The notes under the pieces are model-generated. The model worked only from the letters and a program-made list of their open reading frames with translations. It was not told where the DNA came from and searched no databases. Of a stretch of 64,000 bases of DNA, positions 8,462-18,871 are shown in pieces. Within the stretch, counting starts at the first letter, position 1. Every line of letters starts with the position of its first letter. The DNA comes from Candidatus Omnitrophota bacterium (lineage in GTDB: Bacteria; Omnitrophota; Gorgyraeia; JABMRG01). The translations under genes were made by a program, and so were the position numbers. The stretch spans positions 33,003-97,002 of the forward strand of contig JAUVHV010000002.1 in the NCBI GenBank assembly GCA_030593065.1, read 5' to 3'.

Positions 8462-9115
8462 TTAGATAAATCCATGATTAGACAGGAATTCTTTACTTAG
8501 ATTTGTATTAGCAGAATAGCCAGTTGTATTTTTATCCATAAGATTATGAGCGTATTTTGCCAGGATATCTGTCTCGATATTTAACCTGCTGCCCCTATCC
8601 TTGTCTATAAGGGTTGTGGAATGCAATGTATGAGGTATAAGCATAATTGTAAAACTATTATTAGAGACATTATTCACTGTAAGGCTTACCCCATCTACAG
8701 TAACAGAGCCTTTTTCCGCTAAAAAGCGCTCAAAACCTTTAGCAATCTCTATTTTAATCTCTACACAATCTCCTTTAAGTATTTTGGAGAGTATCTTTGC
8801 CGTATAATCTATATGGCCTGTTACGAAATGGCCCCCTAACCTGTCTTCCATTTTTAATGAGCGTTCAACATTCACTTTTTCTCCTGCTGTTAAATCGGCT
8901 AAATTGGCCCTTTTCAAAGTCTCAGGGCTGACATCAAAAGTGAGTATAGCACCATCTATCTTCGTTAATGTCAGACAGCACCCGTTTACACTTATGCTAT
9001 CGCCTTGTTTTGAATGAAGAGAGCATACCTTGCTTTCAATGACTAATTGCGCGATCTTATCTGCGCAAAATAAATTCCTAACAATTCCTACCTCTTCAAT
9101 TATCCCTGTAAACAT
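8462..9115 (-). CDS. ribE: Riboflavin synthase alpha subunit
   Basis: N-terminus MFTGIIEEVGIVRN, with the internal lumazine-binding repeat. Confidence 0.9.
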   Translation of the reverse strand: MFTGIIEEVGIVRNLFCADKIAQLVIESKVCSLHSKQGDSISVNGCCLTLTKIDGAILTFDVSPETLKRANLADLTAGEKVNVERSLKMEDRLGGHFVTGHIDYTAKILSKILKGDCVEIKIEIAKGFERFLAEKGSVTVDGVSLTVNNVSNNSFTIMLIPHTLHSTTLIDKDRGSRLNIETDILAKYAHNLMDKNTTGYSANTNLSKEFLSNHGFI

Positions 9116-10199
9116 CTGTCTCCACCAAAAGATCCTTCCCTATCCTTTTTACCTTAAGATCTGTAAGTTTTACTGCCTGGCTTATTTTTGCCACTCCATC
9201 GCCGCCTATCGAGCAGGGAGCGCCCCTTCCGCCTATTAAGATTGGCGCAATAAAGAGATAAAGTTTATCAATGAATCGTTTTTCAAGCAAAGATGCCGCA
9301 ATTTCACCGCCGCCTTCTACCAGGACACTTCCTATCCCCATTAAAAGCAGCTGCTTCATAAGCGCTTTTAAACCAACCCTGTTTGAGATAGAGCCAACAC
9401 GTATAATACGGGCTCCTTTATCTCTTAGAGCACGCTCCTTAATCCTGGAAGAACGCATTGTTGTTGCTATAATAGTCTTTCCTGGGGATAGGCTGGTAAA
9501 TACCTTAGCAGTAAGAGGGGCCTTAAGCTTTGTATCTACTATTACCTTAAAGGGTTGCCTTTTTGAATTACGAATAGTAAGTGCTGGATCATCACTTATA
9601 AGTGTATTTATACCTATCAGGATAGCATCATGTTTTTTTCTTAAATCCTGAACAAGCTTTCGCGATTCCGGGGAACTTACCCATTTAGAATCACCTTTAT
9701 TTGTAGCGATCTTTCCATCCAGGCTCTGCGCGAGTTTTAAGGTAGTTAACGGCCTTTCTCGTCTCATCCTCCTGAAAAATCCTGTATTTAACGCCTCTGC
9801 CTCTCTCTTTAAAATGCCTGTGCTTACAATTATCCCATGTTGTTTAAGGATTTTCAAACCCCTGCCCCTGTTTAATGGATTAGGATCCTTAGCCGCGCAG
9901 ACAAGCTCTTTTACGCCTGAGCGGATAACCGTATCTACACAAGGTGGGGTTTTCCCATAATAGGCGCAGGGCTCAAGAGTTACATAACAGGTTGCGCCTT
10001 CTGCTTTTTTACCCGCTTTTTTTAAGGCAACTATCTCCGCATGAGGGCCGCCAAATTGCTTGTGATATCCGGAAGCTACTATTTTTTTATTCTTTGTAAT
10101 AACACAGCCTACCAGAGGATTAGGAGTTGTCTTATCCGCGCCTCTCTTTGCTTGCTTAATAGCAAGCCTCATATATTTTTCAGCTGTTTTTAGATCCAT
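9096..10199 (-). CDS. ribD: Bifunctional diaminohydroxyphosphoribosylaminopyrimidine deaminase / 5-amino-6-(5-phosphoribosylamino)uracil reductase
   Basis: Deaminase motifs HAEIVAL and PCxxC (TLEPCAYYGKTPPC) are followed by the C-terminal reductase domain. Confidence 0.9.
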   Translation of the reverse strand: MDLKTAEKYMRLAIKQAKRGADKTTPNPLVGCVITKNKKIVASGYHKQFGGPHAEIVALKKAGKKAEGATCYVTLEPCAYYGKTPPCVDTVIRSGVKELVCAAKDPNPLNRGRGLKILKQHGIIVSTGILKREAEALNTGFFRRMRRERPLTTLKLAQSLDGKIATNKGDSKWVSSPESRKLVQDLRKKHDAILIGINTLISDDPALTIRNSKRQPFKVIVDTKLKAPLTAKVFTSLSPGKTIIATTMRSSRIKERALRDKGARIIRVGSISNRVGLKALMKQLLLMGIGSVLVEGGGEIAASLLEKRFIDKLYLFIAPILIGGRGAPCSIGGDGVAKISQAVKLTDLKVKRIGKDLLVETDVYRDN

Positions 10200-11004
10200 T
10201 TTTTAAGGCCTCGACATAAGAATAAGGAATTGAAGTCTTTCCTATTAAACTAGTGCCTTTGGCATCACCATGGCAATCAGAGCCACCTGTAATTATCAGG
10301 CTGTTCTCAATAGCAAACTTCTCATAGCGCTTTGCCGTTAAACCAACCTGTTCAGTATGAAAAACCTCTATTCCTTCTAATCCTTCTTTTACCAGCCTTG
10401 GCAATATCGAGTCGAGCCTATTGACCACAGGATGGGCTATTACCGGTACACCATTGGCCTTTCTTATAAAATCGATTACCATTTTCGAAGTATACCTAAA
10501 ATTTGATACATAGCAGGATTTTGTATCCCCTATATACTTTTTAAAAGCAACGCGCCAATTAGGAATAAGCCCTTTAGCTTCCATATACTTAGCAATATGA
10601 AGCCTGCTTATAGACACGCCACCTGTAAATTTTATAATGTCTTCAGCATCTATGTTTAAGCCATGGCCATTAAGAGCATCTACCATCTTGTAGAGCCTCT
10701 CTATCCTGTCCTGCCTTATCTTACTTAGAAACCCCAAAAAAACAGGATCCCTGTAATCTATACAGTAACCGAGTATATGCATCTCCTTACCACTCTCCTC
10801 AGCGCTTACTTCAACACCAGGTATAATCTCAACGCTATACCTATTACCCGCGCTCATAGCCTCATCAAGTCCGGATACACTGTCATGGTCTGTAATAGCA
10901 ATACAGCACAGCCCCTCTTTACTCGCAACCCGCACAGCCTCTTCGGGGCTAAAAGAGCCATCCGAATATTTTGTATGTACATGAAGGTCTGCCAGTCTTT
11001 TCAT
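10180..11004 (-). CDS. PHP-domain metal-dependent phosphoesterase (TrpH/YciV-like)
   Basis: N-terminus LHVHTKYSDGSFSPEE ... ITDHD. Confidence 0.8.
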   Translation of the reverse strand: MKRLADLHVHTKYSDGSFSPEEAVRVASKEGLCCIAITDHDSVSGLDEAMSAGNRYSVEIIPGVEVSAEESGKEMHILGYCIDYRDPVFLGFLSKIRQDRIERLYKMVDALNGHGLNIDAEDIIKFTGGVSISRLHIAKYMEAKGLIPNWRVAFKKYIGDTKSCYVSNFRYTSKMVIDFIRKANGVPVIAHPVVNRLDSILPRLVKEGLEGIEVFHTEQVGLTAKRYEKFAIENSLIITGGSDCHGDAKGTSLIGKTSIPYSYVEALKNGSKNS

Positions 11005-11430
11005 CTATTTTTTTAGCTCTTTTTTATTTATCTTATCTAAAATACCATTTACAAATTTACCTGATTCCAGATCACCATATTTTTTTGCCAGATCCACAGC
11101 CTCATTTATCGACACTTTTGCGGGTATATCATCAAGGAAGAGAAGCTCGTAACAGCTCATACGCATTATATTCCTGTCAATTACTGCCATTCTCTTAAGC
11201 TGCCAGTTTTGAGCATACAATGATATCGTAGTGTCTATTTTTTTAAGATTTTTATGAGTACCTTGTGCGAGATTTGTGGCAAACTCCTGTATAGACCTCT
11301 CCATCTCTTCAGGGTGCTGAGATAGGTTTTCCCAGAAACTACCCAGCATGGAACTTATCTCCTCATGCCTTATATCAGCTTGATATAAAAGTTGCAATGC
11401 CAATTCTCTTGCTCTTGTTCTCTTTCTCAT
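11005..11430 (-). CDS. nusB: Transcription antitermination factor NusB
   Basis: N-terminus [17 protein letters not shown]. Confidence 0.9.
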   Translation of the reverse strand: MRKRTRARELALQLLYQADIRHEEISSMLGSFWENLSQHPEEMERSIQEFATNLAQGTHKNLKKIDTTISLYAQNWQLKRMAVIDRNIMRMSCYELLFLDDIPAKVSINEAVDLAKKYGDLESGKFVNGILDKINKKELKK

Positions 11431-11897
11431 TTGCTAATGACGTTTAAAAGATTTGCCATCTCAATAGCTGATATAGCGGCATCCCTGCCTTTATTTCCTT
11501 CTTTTGCTCCGGCACGCTTTATAGCCTGCTCAAGGTTATCAGCAGTAATCACGCCAAAGATAGTAGGTATATTCGCGTCCAGGCCCACCCTGGCAACACC
11601 CTTGGCAACCTCTGATGCTATATAATCAAAATGTGGTGTCTCCCCGCGAATAATAGTGCCAAGACAGATTATTGCGTCATATTTTTTAGAGGCTGCCATC
11701 TTCTTAGCAACAAGCGGTACCTCAAACGCGCCAGGCACCCAGGCAACTTCTATATCCTGGTCTTTTCCGCCATGCCTTATTAATGTGTCTATGCATGCTT
11801 CCAGCAGTTTCTTTGTAATAAAATCATTAAAACGTGATATCACAATGCCAAAGTTTTTCCCCTTCGCGATTAACGCGCCTTCTAATATCTTTACCAT
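11427..11897 (-). CDS. ribH: 6,7-dimethyl-8-ribityllumazine synthase
   Basis: [11 protein letters not shown] ... GAFE(V/I)P motifs. Confidence 0.9.
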   Translation of the reverse strand: MVKILEGALIAKGKNFGIVISRFNDFITKKLLEACIDTLIRHGGKDQDIEVAWVPGAFEVPLVAKKMAASKKYDAIICLGTIIRGETPHFDYIASEVAKGVARVGLDANIPTIFGVITADNLEQAIKRAGAKEGNKGRDAAISAIEMANLLNVISK

Positions 11898-11911
11898 GCT
11901 ATTCCTCCTTG

Positions 11912-13108
11912 TTATATGTTTTCCAGGTAATGGCCAAGCTTATCCTTCTTGGCCTTTAAATATCTTTTATTCTCATTTGTCATACCAATCTCAATCGGCA
12001 CTCTCTCTATAATTCTAAGGCCATATCCTTCAAGGCCTATAACCTTCTGCGGGTTATTTGTAAGCAGCCTAATATTACTTATACCAAGATCTGCCAGTAT
12101 CTGCGCTCCTATACCGTAATCTCTTAGATCAGCTTCAAAGCCAAGGGCATGATTTGCCTCTACAGTATCAAGCCCTTCATCCTGTAATGAATAAGCTTTA
12201 ACCTTATTGACAAGCCCAATGCCCCTTCCTTCCTGACTCATATATAACAGAACTCCGCAACCCTGATCACTGATCTTTTTGAGCGCACTATGTAACTGTT
12301 GTCCGCAATCACACCTTTTTGAACCAAATATATCACCTGTAAGGCACTGAGAATGAACCCTTACCAGCACCCCGTTAATATTCCTATGTTTTATATCGCC
12401 TTTTACCATAGCAATATGGTGATAATTATCTATTTTTGATTCATAAACATGTAATGTAAAATCACCAAACTGTGTAGGTAATTTTGCCTGCGCAAGGTGC
12501 CTTATAAGCTTATCGCATTTACGCCTGTATTCTATAAGGTCCTTTATCGAGCATATCTTTAAGTTATGCTCCTTGGCATGCTCTAATAGTTCAGGCGTGC
12601 GCGCCATTGTACCATCATCATTCATTATCTCGCAAATAACACCTGCTGGAGAAACCTTCGCAAGCCTTGCAAGGTCAATAGATGCCTCGGTATGGCCTGC
12701 TCGTACCAATACACCGCCTTCTTTTGAACGCAAAGGAAATATATGGCCCGGACGCGCAAGATCTTCAGGTTTCGCGTTTGAAGCTATCAAAACCTTGACA
12801 GTTCGTGCTCTATCGTATGCGGATATACCTGTTGTTATGCCTTCTGCCGCATCTACTGAGATAGCCCATGCAGTGCCAAAAGGTGTATTTGAGCTATGTA
12901 TCATAGGATGTAAACCGAGCTTATCCATAATGTTGCCTTCAAGCGAAACGCATATAAGGCCCCGGCCATACCTTGCCATAAAATTTATATTTTCTGCAGT
13001 TGCAAACGAGGCAGCGACAACAAGGTCTCCTTCGTTCTCGCGTGATTCATCATCAATCACTATAACTATCTTGCCTTGCTTTATATCTTCTACTACTTCT
13101 GGTATTGT
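11912..13108 (-). CDS. ribBA: Bifunctional DHBP synthase / GTP cyclohydrolase II. I place the start at GTG 13108; the ORF-track ATG at 13201 lies inside the riboswitch.
   Basis: RibB N-terminal motif [23 protein letters not shown] and GTP cyclohydrolase II motifs (CxCG ... RDY). An AAGGAG Shine-Dalgarno sequence lies 7 nt upstream of GTG 13108, after the riboswitch terminator. Confidence 0.85.
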   Translation of the reverse strand, partial: TIPEVVEDIKQGKIVIVIDDESRENEGDLVVAASFATAENINFMARYGRGLICVSLEGNIMDKLGLHPMIHSSNTPFGTAWAISVDAAEGITTGISAYDRARTVKVLIASNAKPEDLARPGHIFPLRSKEGGVLVRAGHTEASIDLARLAKVSPAGVICEIMNDDGTMARTPELLEHAKEHNLKICSIKDLIEYRRKCDKLIRHLAQAKLPTQFGDFTLHVYESKIDNYHHIAMVKGDIKHRNINGVLVRVHSQCLTGDIFGSKRCDCGQQLHSALKKISDQGCGVLLYMSQEGRGIGLVNKVKAYSLQDEGLDTVEANHALGFEADLRDYGIGAQILADLGISNIRLLTNNPQKVIGLEGYGLRIIERVPIEIGMTNENKRYLKAKKDKLGHYLENI

Positions 13109-13139
13109 GTTTAAATTCACTCTATTGCTCCTTAAATAT

Positions 13140-13170
13140 AAAAATCCCGAAGGATAACCTTCGGGACATA
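13140..13170 (-). terminator. Intrinsic terminator hairpin, the expression platform of the FMN riboswitch
   Basis: On the minus strand: gtcccgaaggttatccttcgggatttttata. This is a GC stem followed by a T-run, and then the SD and GTG of ribBA. Confidence 0.6.
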
Positions 13171-13174
13171 ATAT

Positions 13175-13325
13175 CATAAAAACTGCCTTCTCTTCTCTCA
13201 TCTAGACTATACTATTGGCAAAGGAATCACACCTTTTCTGCCCTGTTAAAGGCTCGTCGGCTTTACGACCAGTAGGGAATTACGCCCTATCCCGAAGACG
13301 AGATAAGTATACCATAAACTTCAAA
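13175..13325 (-). promoter_or_regulatory. FMN riboswitch (RFN element) aptamer in the leader of ribBA-ribH-nusB
   Basis: Minus-strand sequence CTTCGGGATAGGGCGTAATTCCCTACTGGTCG ... GCCAATAGT ... AGTCTAGATGAGAGAAG matches conserved RFN blocks. B. subtilis has CTTCGGGGCAGGGTGAAATTCCCGACCGGCGG ... GCCGACAGT ... AGTCTGGATGGGAGAAG. Confidence 0.7.
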
Positions 13326-13388
13326 TCTGTCAAGCGAAAACAAAAAAGTTACCTATAATCTCTCATCCGCTGCCCTCCTCTACGCTGA

Positions 13389-13542
13389 GAGTTTTGGTGC
13401 AGCTTTTGCAGGAACGTGAAATTTTTCCCTGCGAGAAAAATTTCACTCCAAGTTGGCGCTCGCTCTCGCGTAGAACTTAATCAGGGCGAACCATGCCCGC
13501 TCGCACCACCAAGGTCCTGCGTAAGCTGCACCAAAACTCTCT
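13389..13542. repeat. 154-bp element bounded by 19-bp perfect inverted repeats, with a nested inner hairpin
   Basis: Outer arms gagagttttggtgcagctt / aagctgcaccaaaactctc. Inner hairpin gtgaaatttttc ... gaaaaatttcac. The element is intergenic, between the riboswitch and the GGDEF gene. Confidence 0.7.
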
Positions 13543-13673
13543 CTTGAGGGGGCAAGGCTTGTAAGCAAACTCCTCTTGCTGTTTATTAAGAATTGTTCTG
13601 AAAACCAGCTTTTTGAGCAATGAGAACAGAACTTCTTTCTTGCGAGCATTCTCTGGCTTGGGCAAGAAACTAG

Positions 13674-13783
13674 AATATTACTTATGCCTTTGCCTTTAGC
13701 AGCGCATTGGCTTTTTTTGCCCTGAGTGTAAATAGATAGCAAAAATACCTGCGCTGCTAAAGGCAAAGGCATAAGTAATATTC
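13674..13783. repeat. Palindromic ~110-bp element, copy 2 of 3 (33-bp perfect arms)
   Basis: gaatattacttatgcctttgcctttagcagcgc ... gcgctgctaaaggcaaaggcataagtaatattc. Confidence 0.85.
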
Positions 13784-13851
13784 CTATCAGCAAAAGTTGC
13801 TGCGAAACTCTCAACTTAGATGGAAACAGCTTTGATCTTTCTTTTAATTGC

Positions 13852-13879
13852 AGCTTGACAATGGCGAACATCGTTATAT
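13852..13879 (+). promoter_or_regulatory. Putative sigma70-type promoter of the GGDEF gene
   Basis: TTGACA, a 16-17 nt spacer, then TATAAT. The first ATG codons follow immediately at 13883 and 13892. Confidence 0.35.
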
Positions 13880-13882
13880 AAT

Positions 13883-15062
13883 AATGCTTGCTATGAATGA
13901 TAAGGTTAAAAAATTACAAAAAGAGCTGCTGAAAACCAAGGCGGAACTTTGGCTCTTATATGAAATATCAAACGCAATAAGAACAACTTTAAACCTGCCT
14001 GAGGTACTCTACGTAATATTAAGCGCTGTAACATCTCAAGAAGGCCTCGGTTTTAATAGGGCAATGCTTTTTCTTGTAAATAAGACCCGTTCAGCGCTTG
14101 AAGGTGTTATGGCTATAGGGTCTACCAATGCTGAAGAAGCGTATGCCATATGGAAAAAGATTGAGGAAGAAAAATTAAGCCTTGATAAAATAGTGGATAT
14201 GTTTCACAGGATAGATAGCCATGTAATAAAAGCGCCCTTAAATAATATTGTAAAGAAAATAAGGCTGCCGCTGAATGAAACCAGTGGGATACTTGCAATG
14301 TGTACGCTTGAAGGTATGAATTTTGAGATTACATCCAGGCCTGCCAGAAAAAAGATATCAGACCCAACTCTCGATAAGCTTCATGTGGATCTTTTTACAG
14401 CTGTGCCTCTTAAAGGAAAACGTGAAACTTTAGGCGTTCTTCTGGTAGATAATATGATAACACAGAAACCTATTACCAGGAATGATATCCGCATCCTTAC
14501 TATGTTTGCAAACCAGGCAGGCCTTGCGATAGAGAACGCCCATCTTTATGAAACTACAAAATTTCAGGCGCATACCGACTCCTTGACAAGATTATGGAAC
14601 CATGGATATTTTCAAAACAGTTTAACAGAAGCTATAAGAGAAGCCAGATCGCGGAAATCTAGTGTTACGCTTGCAATGATAGACCTGGATAATTTCAAAA
14701 TATATAATGACATTCTTGGCCATCAAAAAGGTGATGTCGCTCTTCGTGAGGTTGCGTCTGTGTTAAAGAAAAGTACTCGCAATCAGGACCTTGTGTGCAG
14801 GTATGGTGGTGAAGAATTTGCAATCATAATGCCTGGCATAGAAAAAGAAAACTCATCTTATACTATTGAGAGGTTAAGACTGGCCATAGAAAAGACTTTT
14901 AAACGTATTGAAAAAAAGAGATCTTTTCCACCTCTTACAATAAGCGCAGGCATCGCGTCTTTTCCAAATGACGCCAAAAAAAAAGAGAGTCTCATCAAAA
15001 AAGCTGATGAGGCTCTCTATACTGCGAAGCATGCCGGAAAAAACAGGGTAAACAGCTGTTAA
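13883..15062 (+). CDS. GAF-domain diguanylate cyclase (GGDEF). The ORF-track start at 13848 probably lies inside the promoter.
   Basis: The C-terminal GGDEF domain carries the RYGGEEF active-site motif. The N-terminal domain is GAF-like. Confidence 0.8.
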
Positions 15063-18000
15063 ACTTTCCCATCCGTAACACGCTCTTTTGATACTTTTGC
15101 TGTAACCGCTCCTGTCACATCCTGATTAAACTTTTTTGTTGCCGTTTCTTCAAACTCTTTCTTTCTGCTGGCTATCTTCTCATCATCCACAAGCTGAACC
15201 GAAACTATCTTAGATATACCGGATTTTTCCATTGTGATGCCATACATCAGGTCACAGACAGAGATAGTTTTCTTATTATGTGTGATAATAATAAACTGCG
15301 TTGTCTTTATAAACTCCTGCAATATTCTGCTGAAACGGTCTATATTAGCTTCATCCAGAGGCGCATCGATCTCGTCTAATATGCAAAATGGGGTTGGCCT
15401 TACCTTGAAAAGCGCAAAAAGGAGTGCCACAGATGTAAGCGCCTTCTCTCCTCCTGATAATAATGAAATGCATTGAAGCTTCTTTCCCGGGGGCCGAACC
15501 GCTATCTCTATACCGCTCTCTAATATATCAGCCTGATCCATAAGGAAAAGTTCTGCCGCGCCACCACCAAATAGAAGCTTAAAATACTCTTTAAAGGCAA
15601 CTTGAATCTGTTCGAATGTTTCGATAAACATTCTCCTCGTAGTACGATTTATTTTGTTTATCGCTTTATGAAGACTTTCTTTCGCGCTCAAAAGATCTTC
15701 CTGTTGGCTGCTCAAAAAATCATACCTCTCTTGCAATTCCTTGTGTTCTTCAATCGCAACAAGGTTTACATGGCCCATCTTATCTATCTTTACCTTTATA
15801 GATCCCACCTCTTGCGCTATTCTTTCCCAGTCTTCGGTTCCTTCAAATACAACCTGTTCTTTATCAAGATCGACCTTGTACGCTAATTCTATTCTCTCTT
15901 TTATACTGTTAGCCTTGTGTGTAAGCTCGCTTATATTTAGATAAAAATTTGATATGTTATTTCTAATCTCATCAAGATCCTTCTGCATATTACGGGCCTT
16001 TTTCTCCATCTCATTAACCTGCGTATACGCCCTGCTTCTATCTCCCAAAAGCGCCGTAAGCTCCTCATTAACAACGGTAAGTTTCTCTCTTAATGCTATA
16101 TTCTCTTCAGTAGCACGTTCAATATCAGTTGTCAAAGAAGAAGATTTGGCATGAGCTTTTTCATGCTGATTCTTTCTCTCTGAAACTGATATATTCTCAT
16201 TATGCAATGACTCCTTAAGCATATTAAGGGATGCGTTTTGTGAATCATAGTTTTCAGCAACAAGCGACATCTGAGTCCGCAATTCTGCGAGAGATACTAT
16301 GGCCTTCTCTTTCTCATCAGCTTGTTGAGCAATTGTTTCCTGATTCTGGCTTACAAAGGCTTCTATCTTGTTCTGTTCTGCCTCAAGGTTTATTAATTCT
16401 GTATTCAATGATTCTTCTCGCTGCTTGAGCGTAGCCTCTTCCGCGGTTGTCTCATCCAATTCAAGTTCAATGAGGGTCAATTCCTCTTGTAGTTTATCTT
16501 TCTGCTCTTTAACTTTTATTTTTTGAGACTCTTTTTCATGAAGTTTTATCTCTTCTTTCTTTGCTGCCTCTTCCTGGCTCGCCACATCCTTCTTCAATTG
16601 CTCAAGCCTAAATGCCGTGCTGGAATGCTCTTGCTCATAACCAGAGATCCGGCTCTTGAGGATATTTACCTCATTCGCAAGCTCATTTATCTTTGCGTCT
16701 CTCCCTATGATACTGGTATATTCATCCGCAAAGTTCGGGCCACCGGAATAAATAATGCCGCCTTTCATGTCACCTTCTTTTGTCACGAATACCATAGAAG
16801 AGTTTACATTTTGTGTATCATCAGGTATATGTTTTACTAAATATGTCTCTTTTAATAAATAATTAAGCGTATCTTTACCTCCATCTCTTGCCCCTATAAG
16901 CTCAGACAACTTTACCGCCTCAGGTACAGGGCAAGAAAAATTATCTTCACGCAAAACACTAGGTATATCTTCAGAAACTATGAACTGTGCCCTGCCCTTT
17001 TTGTTCTCCTTAAGAAAAATCAGTGCTTTCTGACGAGCTGTACTATTCCTTACTATTATGGCCTGGCTTTTTTCACCCAAAACACATTCAAGCGGCCTGA
17101 TAAGGTTCTCCTTTGCTTCTATCATATCTGCTACAATACCTACAAACAGCTCTTTCTGCTGGGGGTCATTTTCTATAAACTCCATGTAGGCCTTTACCCC
17201 CTCAGAAAAACCTTCCTGATTCCGTTTAAGATCTCTTAAAACCTCTAACTTTGAGCTGGATGAAGCGAGCTTCTGCTTCATCTTATCTATAATATCTCTT
17301 TTCTCCTTAAAATTAATACCAAGCTGCGTAAAGGCATTCTTAAGCGAATGTAAAAGCTGTAGAACGTTTTCTAAAACTTTTCTTTGCTCAATAAACGCGG
17401 TCTCCGCAACCTGCAAGCTCGCTTCAACCGCATCCTTATCTTTTATAATCTTATCTTTTTCAATGCTCAGCCTGCGATTACGTGATAAAGCAGTAGCAAC
17501 ACCAGCTGAGGCTTTACTCAATTCATTCCTGGCCTTTGACTGGTTCGAGGCATTCTCCATTACAGTAACCTTACTATCAGATATAGCCTTTTCACACTGT
17601 TTTATAATTTGGGTTATATTATTTAACCCATCTTCTGTTTCAGCTACAAGCGCCTGTTTCTTTTCGCGCTCATCATTTACCAGGTTAAATTCATATTCCA
17701 CGGAAGTTATCTTCTGCCGCATTTCAGAGGTTCTTCTTCCAATCTCCTCTATCTCTCTTGCGAGTGATCCGGAACGTTGTTTCAGCTCTTCTATCCTCTC
17801 AGTATCTACTCTTATACTGTTTTCATTCACACCTATAGCAGCTGAGGCCTGAGATACTCTCTCTCTTGTCTGTGCTATATTCTCATCAAATGAATTTATC
17901 TTTTCGCGATATATGCGCAATTCATCCTGCGCCAGATTAAGCCCTAAGGAGAGGTGCCCTTCTTTCTGTTTAAAAGAGCCTGTACAAAGTTTTTTATCTT

Positions 18001-18724
18001 TCTCCTGCTCCCTGACTTCGTTATATTCATGTAAAGTCAATTTAATATCAAGATTTTTTAATGTATCAAATTGCGCCCGGAATTTCTCTGCCTTCTGCGC
18101 CTGTCTCTCAATAGAATTTATCTGGCGCCTTACTTCATTTACAATATCCGCTATCCTGACAAGATTACTATCTGTATGCTCTAGCTTATTCAGCGCCTCT
18201 TTTCTCTTAACCTTATACTTTGTGATACCGCTTGCTTCCTCAAATATCTCACGACGGTCTTCAGGCTTTGCGTGAAGCACGCGATCCATTTTACCCTGCT
18301 CAGCTATAGAGTACGAGCTTACACCAATACCGGTACCTGCTAAAAGCGCGGTTATATCCTTAAGGCGTACCTGCGTCTTATTTAAAAGATATTCACTTTC
18401 GCCTGAACGAAAAATCCTTCTTGCTATAATAACTTCATCATAATCTACGGGAAGAGTGCGATCAATATTGGAAAAGGTCAGGGATACCTCAGCAAAATTG
18501 ACTGCTTCAGTATTGTCGGCGCCATTAAAGATTATATCTTCCATCTTTGAACCGCGCAGCTCCTTGGCACTCTGCTCACCAAGAACCCATTTGATGCTGT
18601 CGCTGATATTAGACTTTCCGCAGCCATTTGGGCCTACTATGGCTGCGACACCGGGCTCAAAACTGAGGGTTGTTTTATTAGCAAAAGATTTAAATCCATA
18701 TAATTCGATTTTTTTAAGGTACAA
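15059..18724 (-). CDS. smc: Chromosome segregation protein SMC
   Basis: N-terminal Walker A GPNGCGKSN, long coiled coils, and the C-terminal signature LSGGEKALT followed by a D-loop. Confidence 0.9.
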   Translation of the reverse strand: MYLKKIELYGFKSFANKTTLSFEPGVAAIVGPNGCGKSNISDSIKWVLGEQSAKELRGSKMEDIIFNGADNTEAVNFAEVSLTFSNIDRTLPVDYDEVIIARRIFRSGESEYLLNKTQVRLKDITALLAGTGIGVSSYSIAEQGKMDRVLHAKPEDRREIFEEASGITKYKVKRKEALNKLEHTDSNLVRIADIVNEVRRQINSIERQAQKAEKFRAQFDTLKNLDIKLTLHEYNEVREQEKDKKLCTGSFKQKEGHLSLGLNLAQDELRIYREKINSFDENIAQTRERVSQASAAIGVNENSIRVDTERIEELKQRSGSLAREIEEIGRRTSEMRQKITSVEYEFNLVNDEREKKQALVAETEDGLNNITQIIKQCEKAISDSKVTVMENASNQSKARNELSKASAGVATALSRNRRLSIEKDKIIKDKDAVEASLQVAETAFIEQRKVLENVLQLLHSLKNAFTQLGINFKEKRDIIDKMKQKLASSSSKLEVLRDLKRNQEGFSEGVKAYMEFIENDPQQKELFVGIVADMIEAKENLIRPLECVLGEKSQAIIVRNSTARQKALIFLKENKKGRAQFIVSEDIPSVLREDNFSCPVPEAVKLSELIGARDGGKDTLNYLLKETYLVKHIPDDTQNVNSSMVFVTKEGDMKGGIIYSGGPNFADEYTSIIGRDAKINELANEVNILKSRISGYEQEHSSTAFRLEQLKKDVASQEEAAKKEEIKLHEKESQKIKVKEQKDKLQEELTLIELELDETTAEEATLKQREESLNTELINLEAEQNKIEAFVSQNQETIAQQADEKEKAIVSLAELRTQMSLVAENYDSQNASLNMLKESLHNENISVSERKNQHEKAHAKSSSLTTDIERATEENIALREKLTVVNEELTALLGDRSRAYTQVNEMEKKARNMQKDLDEIRNNISNFYLNISELTHKANSIKERIELAYKVDLDKEQVVFEGTEDWERIAQEVGSIKVKIDKMGHVNLVAIEEHKELQERYDFLSSQQEDLLSAKESLHKAINKINRTTRRMFIETFEQIQVAFKEYFKLLFGGGAAELFLMDQADILESGIEIAVRPPGKKLQCISLLSGGEKALTSVALLFALFKVRPTPFCILDEIDAPLDEANIDRFSRILQEFIKTTQFIIITHNKKTISVCDLMYGITMEKSGISKIVSVQLVDDEKIASRKKEFEETATKKFNQDVTGAVTAKVSKERVTDGKV

Positions 18725-18871
18725 TTACCGCTCCCTCCATTTTCGTGCGAATCTGCTTACATATATAATAAAACCTGCTTTTTTACAGGCAGGCTCGTCT
18801 ATCTCTTGATACAAAAACCCACCGAATATAGTTTTATTATTACAGAATATCGACGGGTTGTCAAGATTAAA

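Noticed and set aside
12573-13157. 194-aa plus-strand ORF
   Set aside because: It is fully antisense to the well-supported ribBA. Its composition is typical of a shadow ORF.
13443-13871. ORF-track CDS of 142 aa (and the nested 62-aa ORF at 13477-13665) on the minus strand
   Set aside because: They span the inverted-repeat elements and the divergent control region. They have low-complexity, repeat-derived sequence and no RBS. They are most likely spurious.
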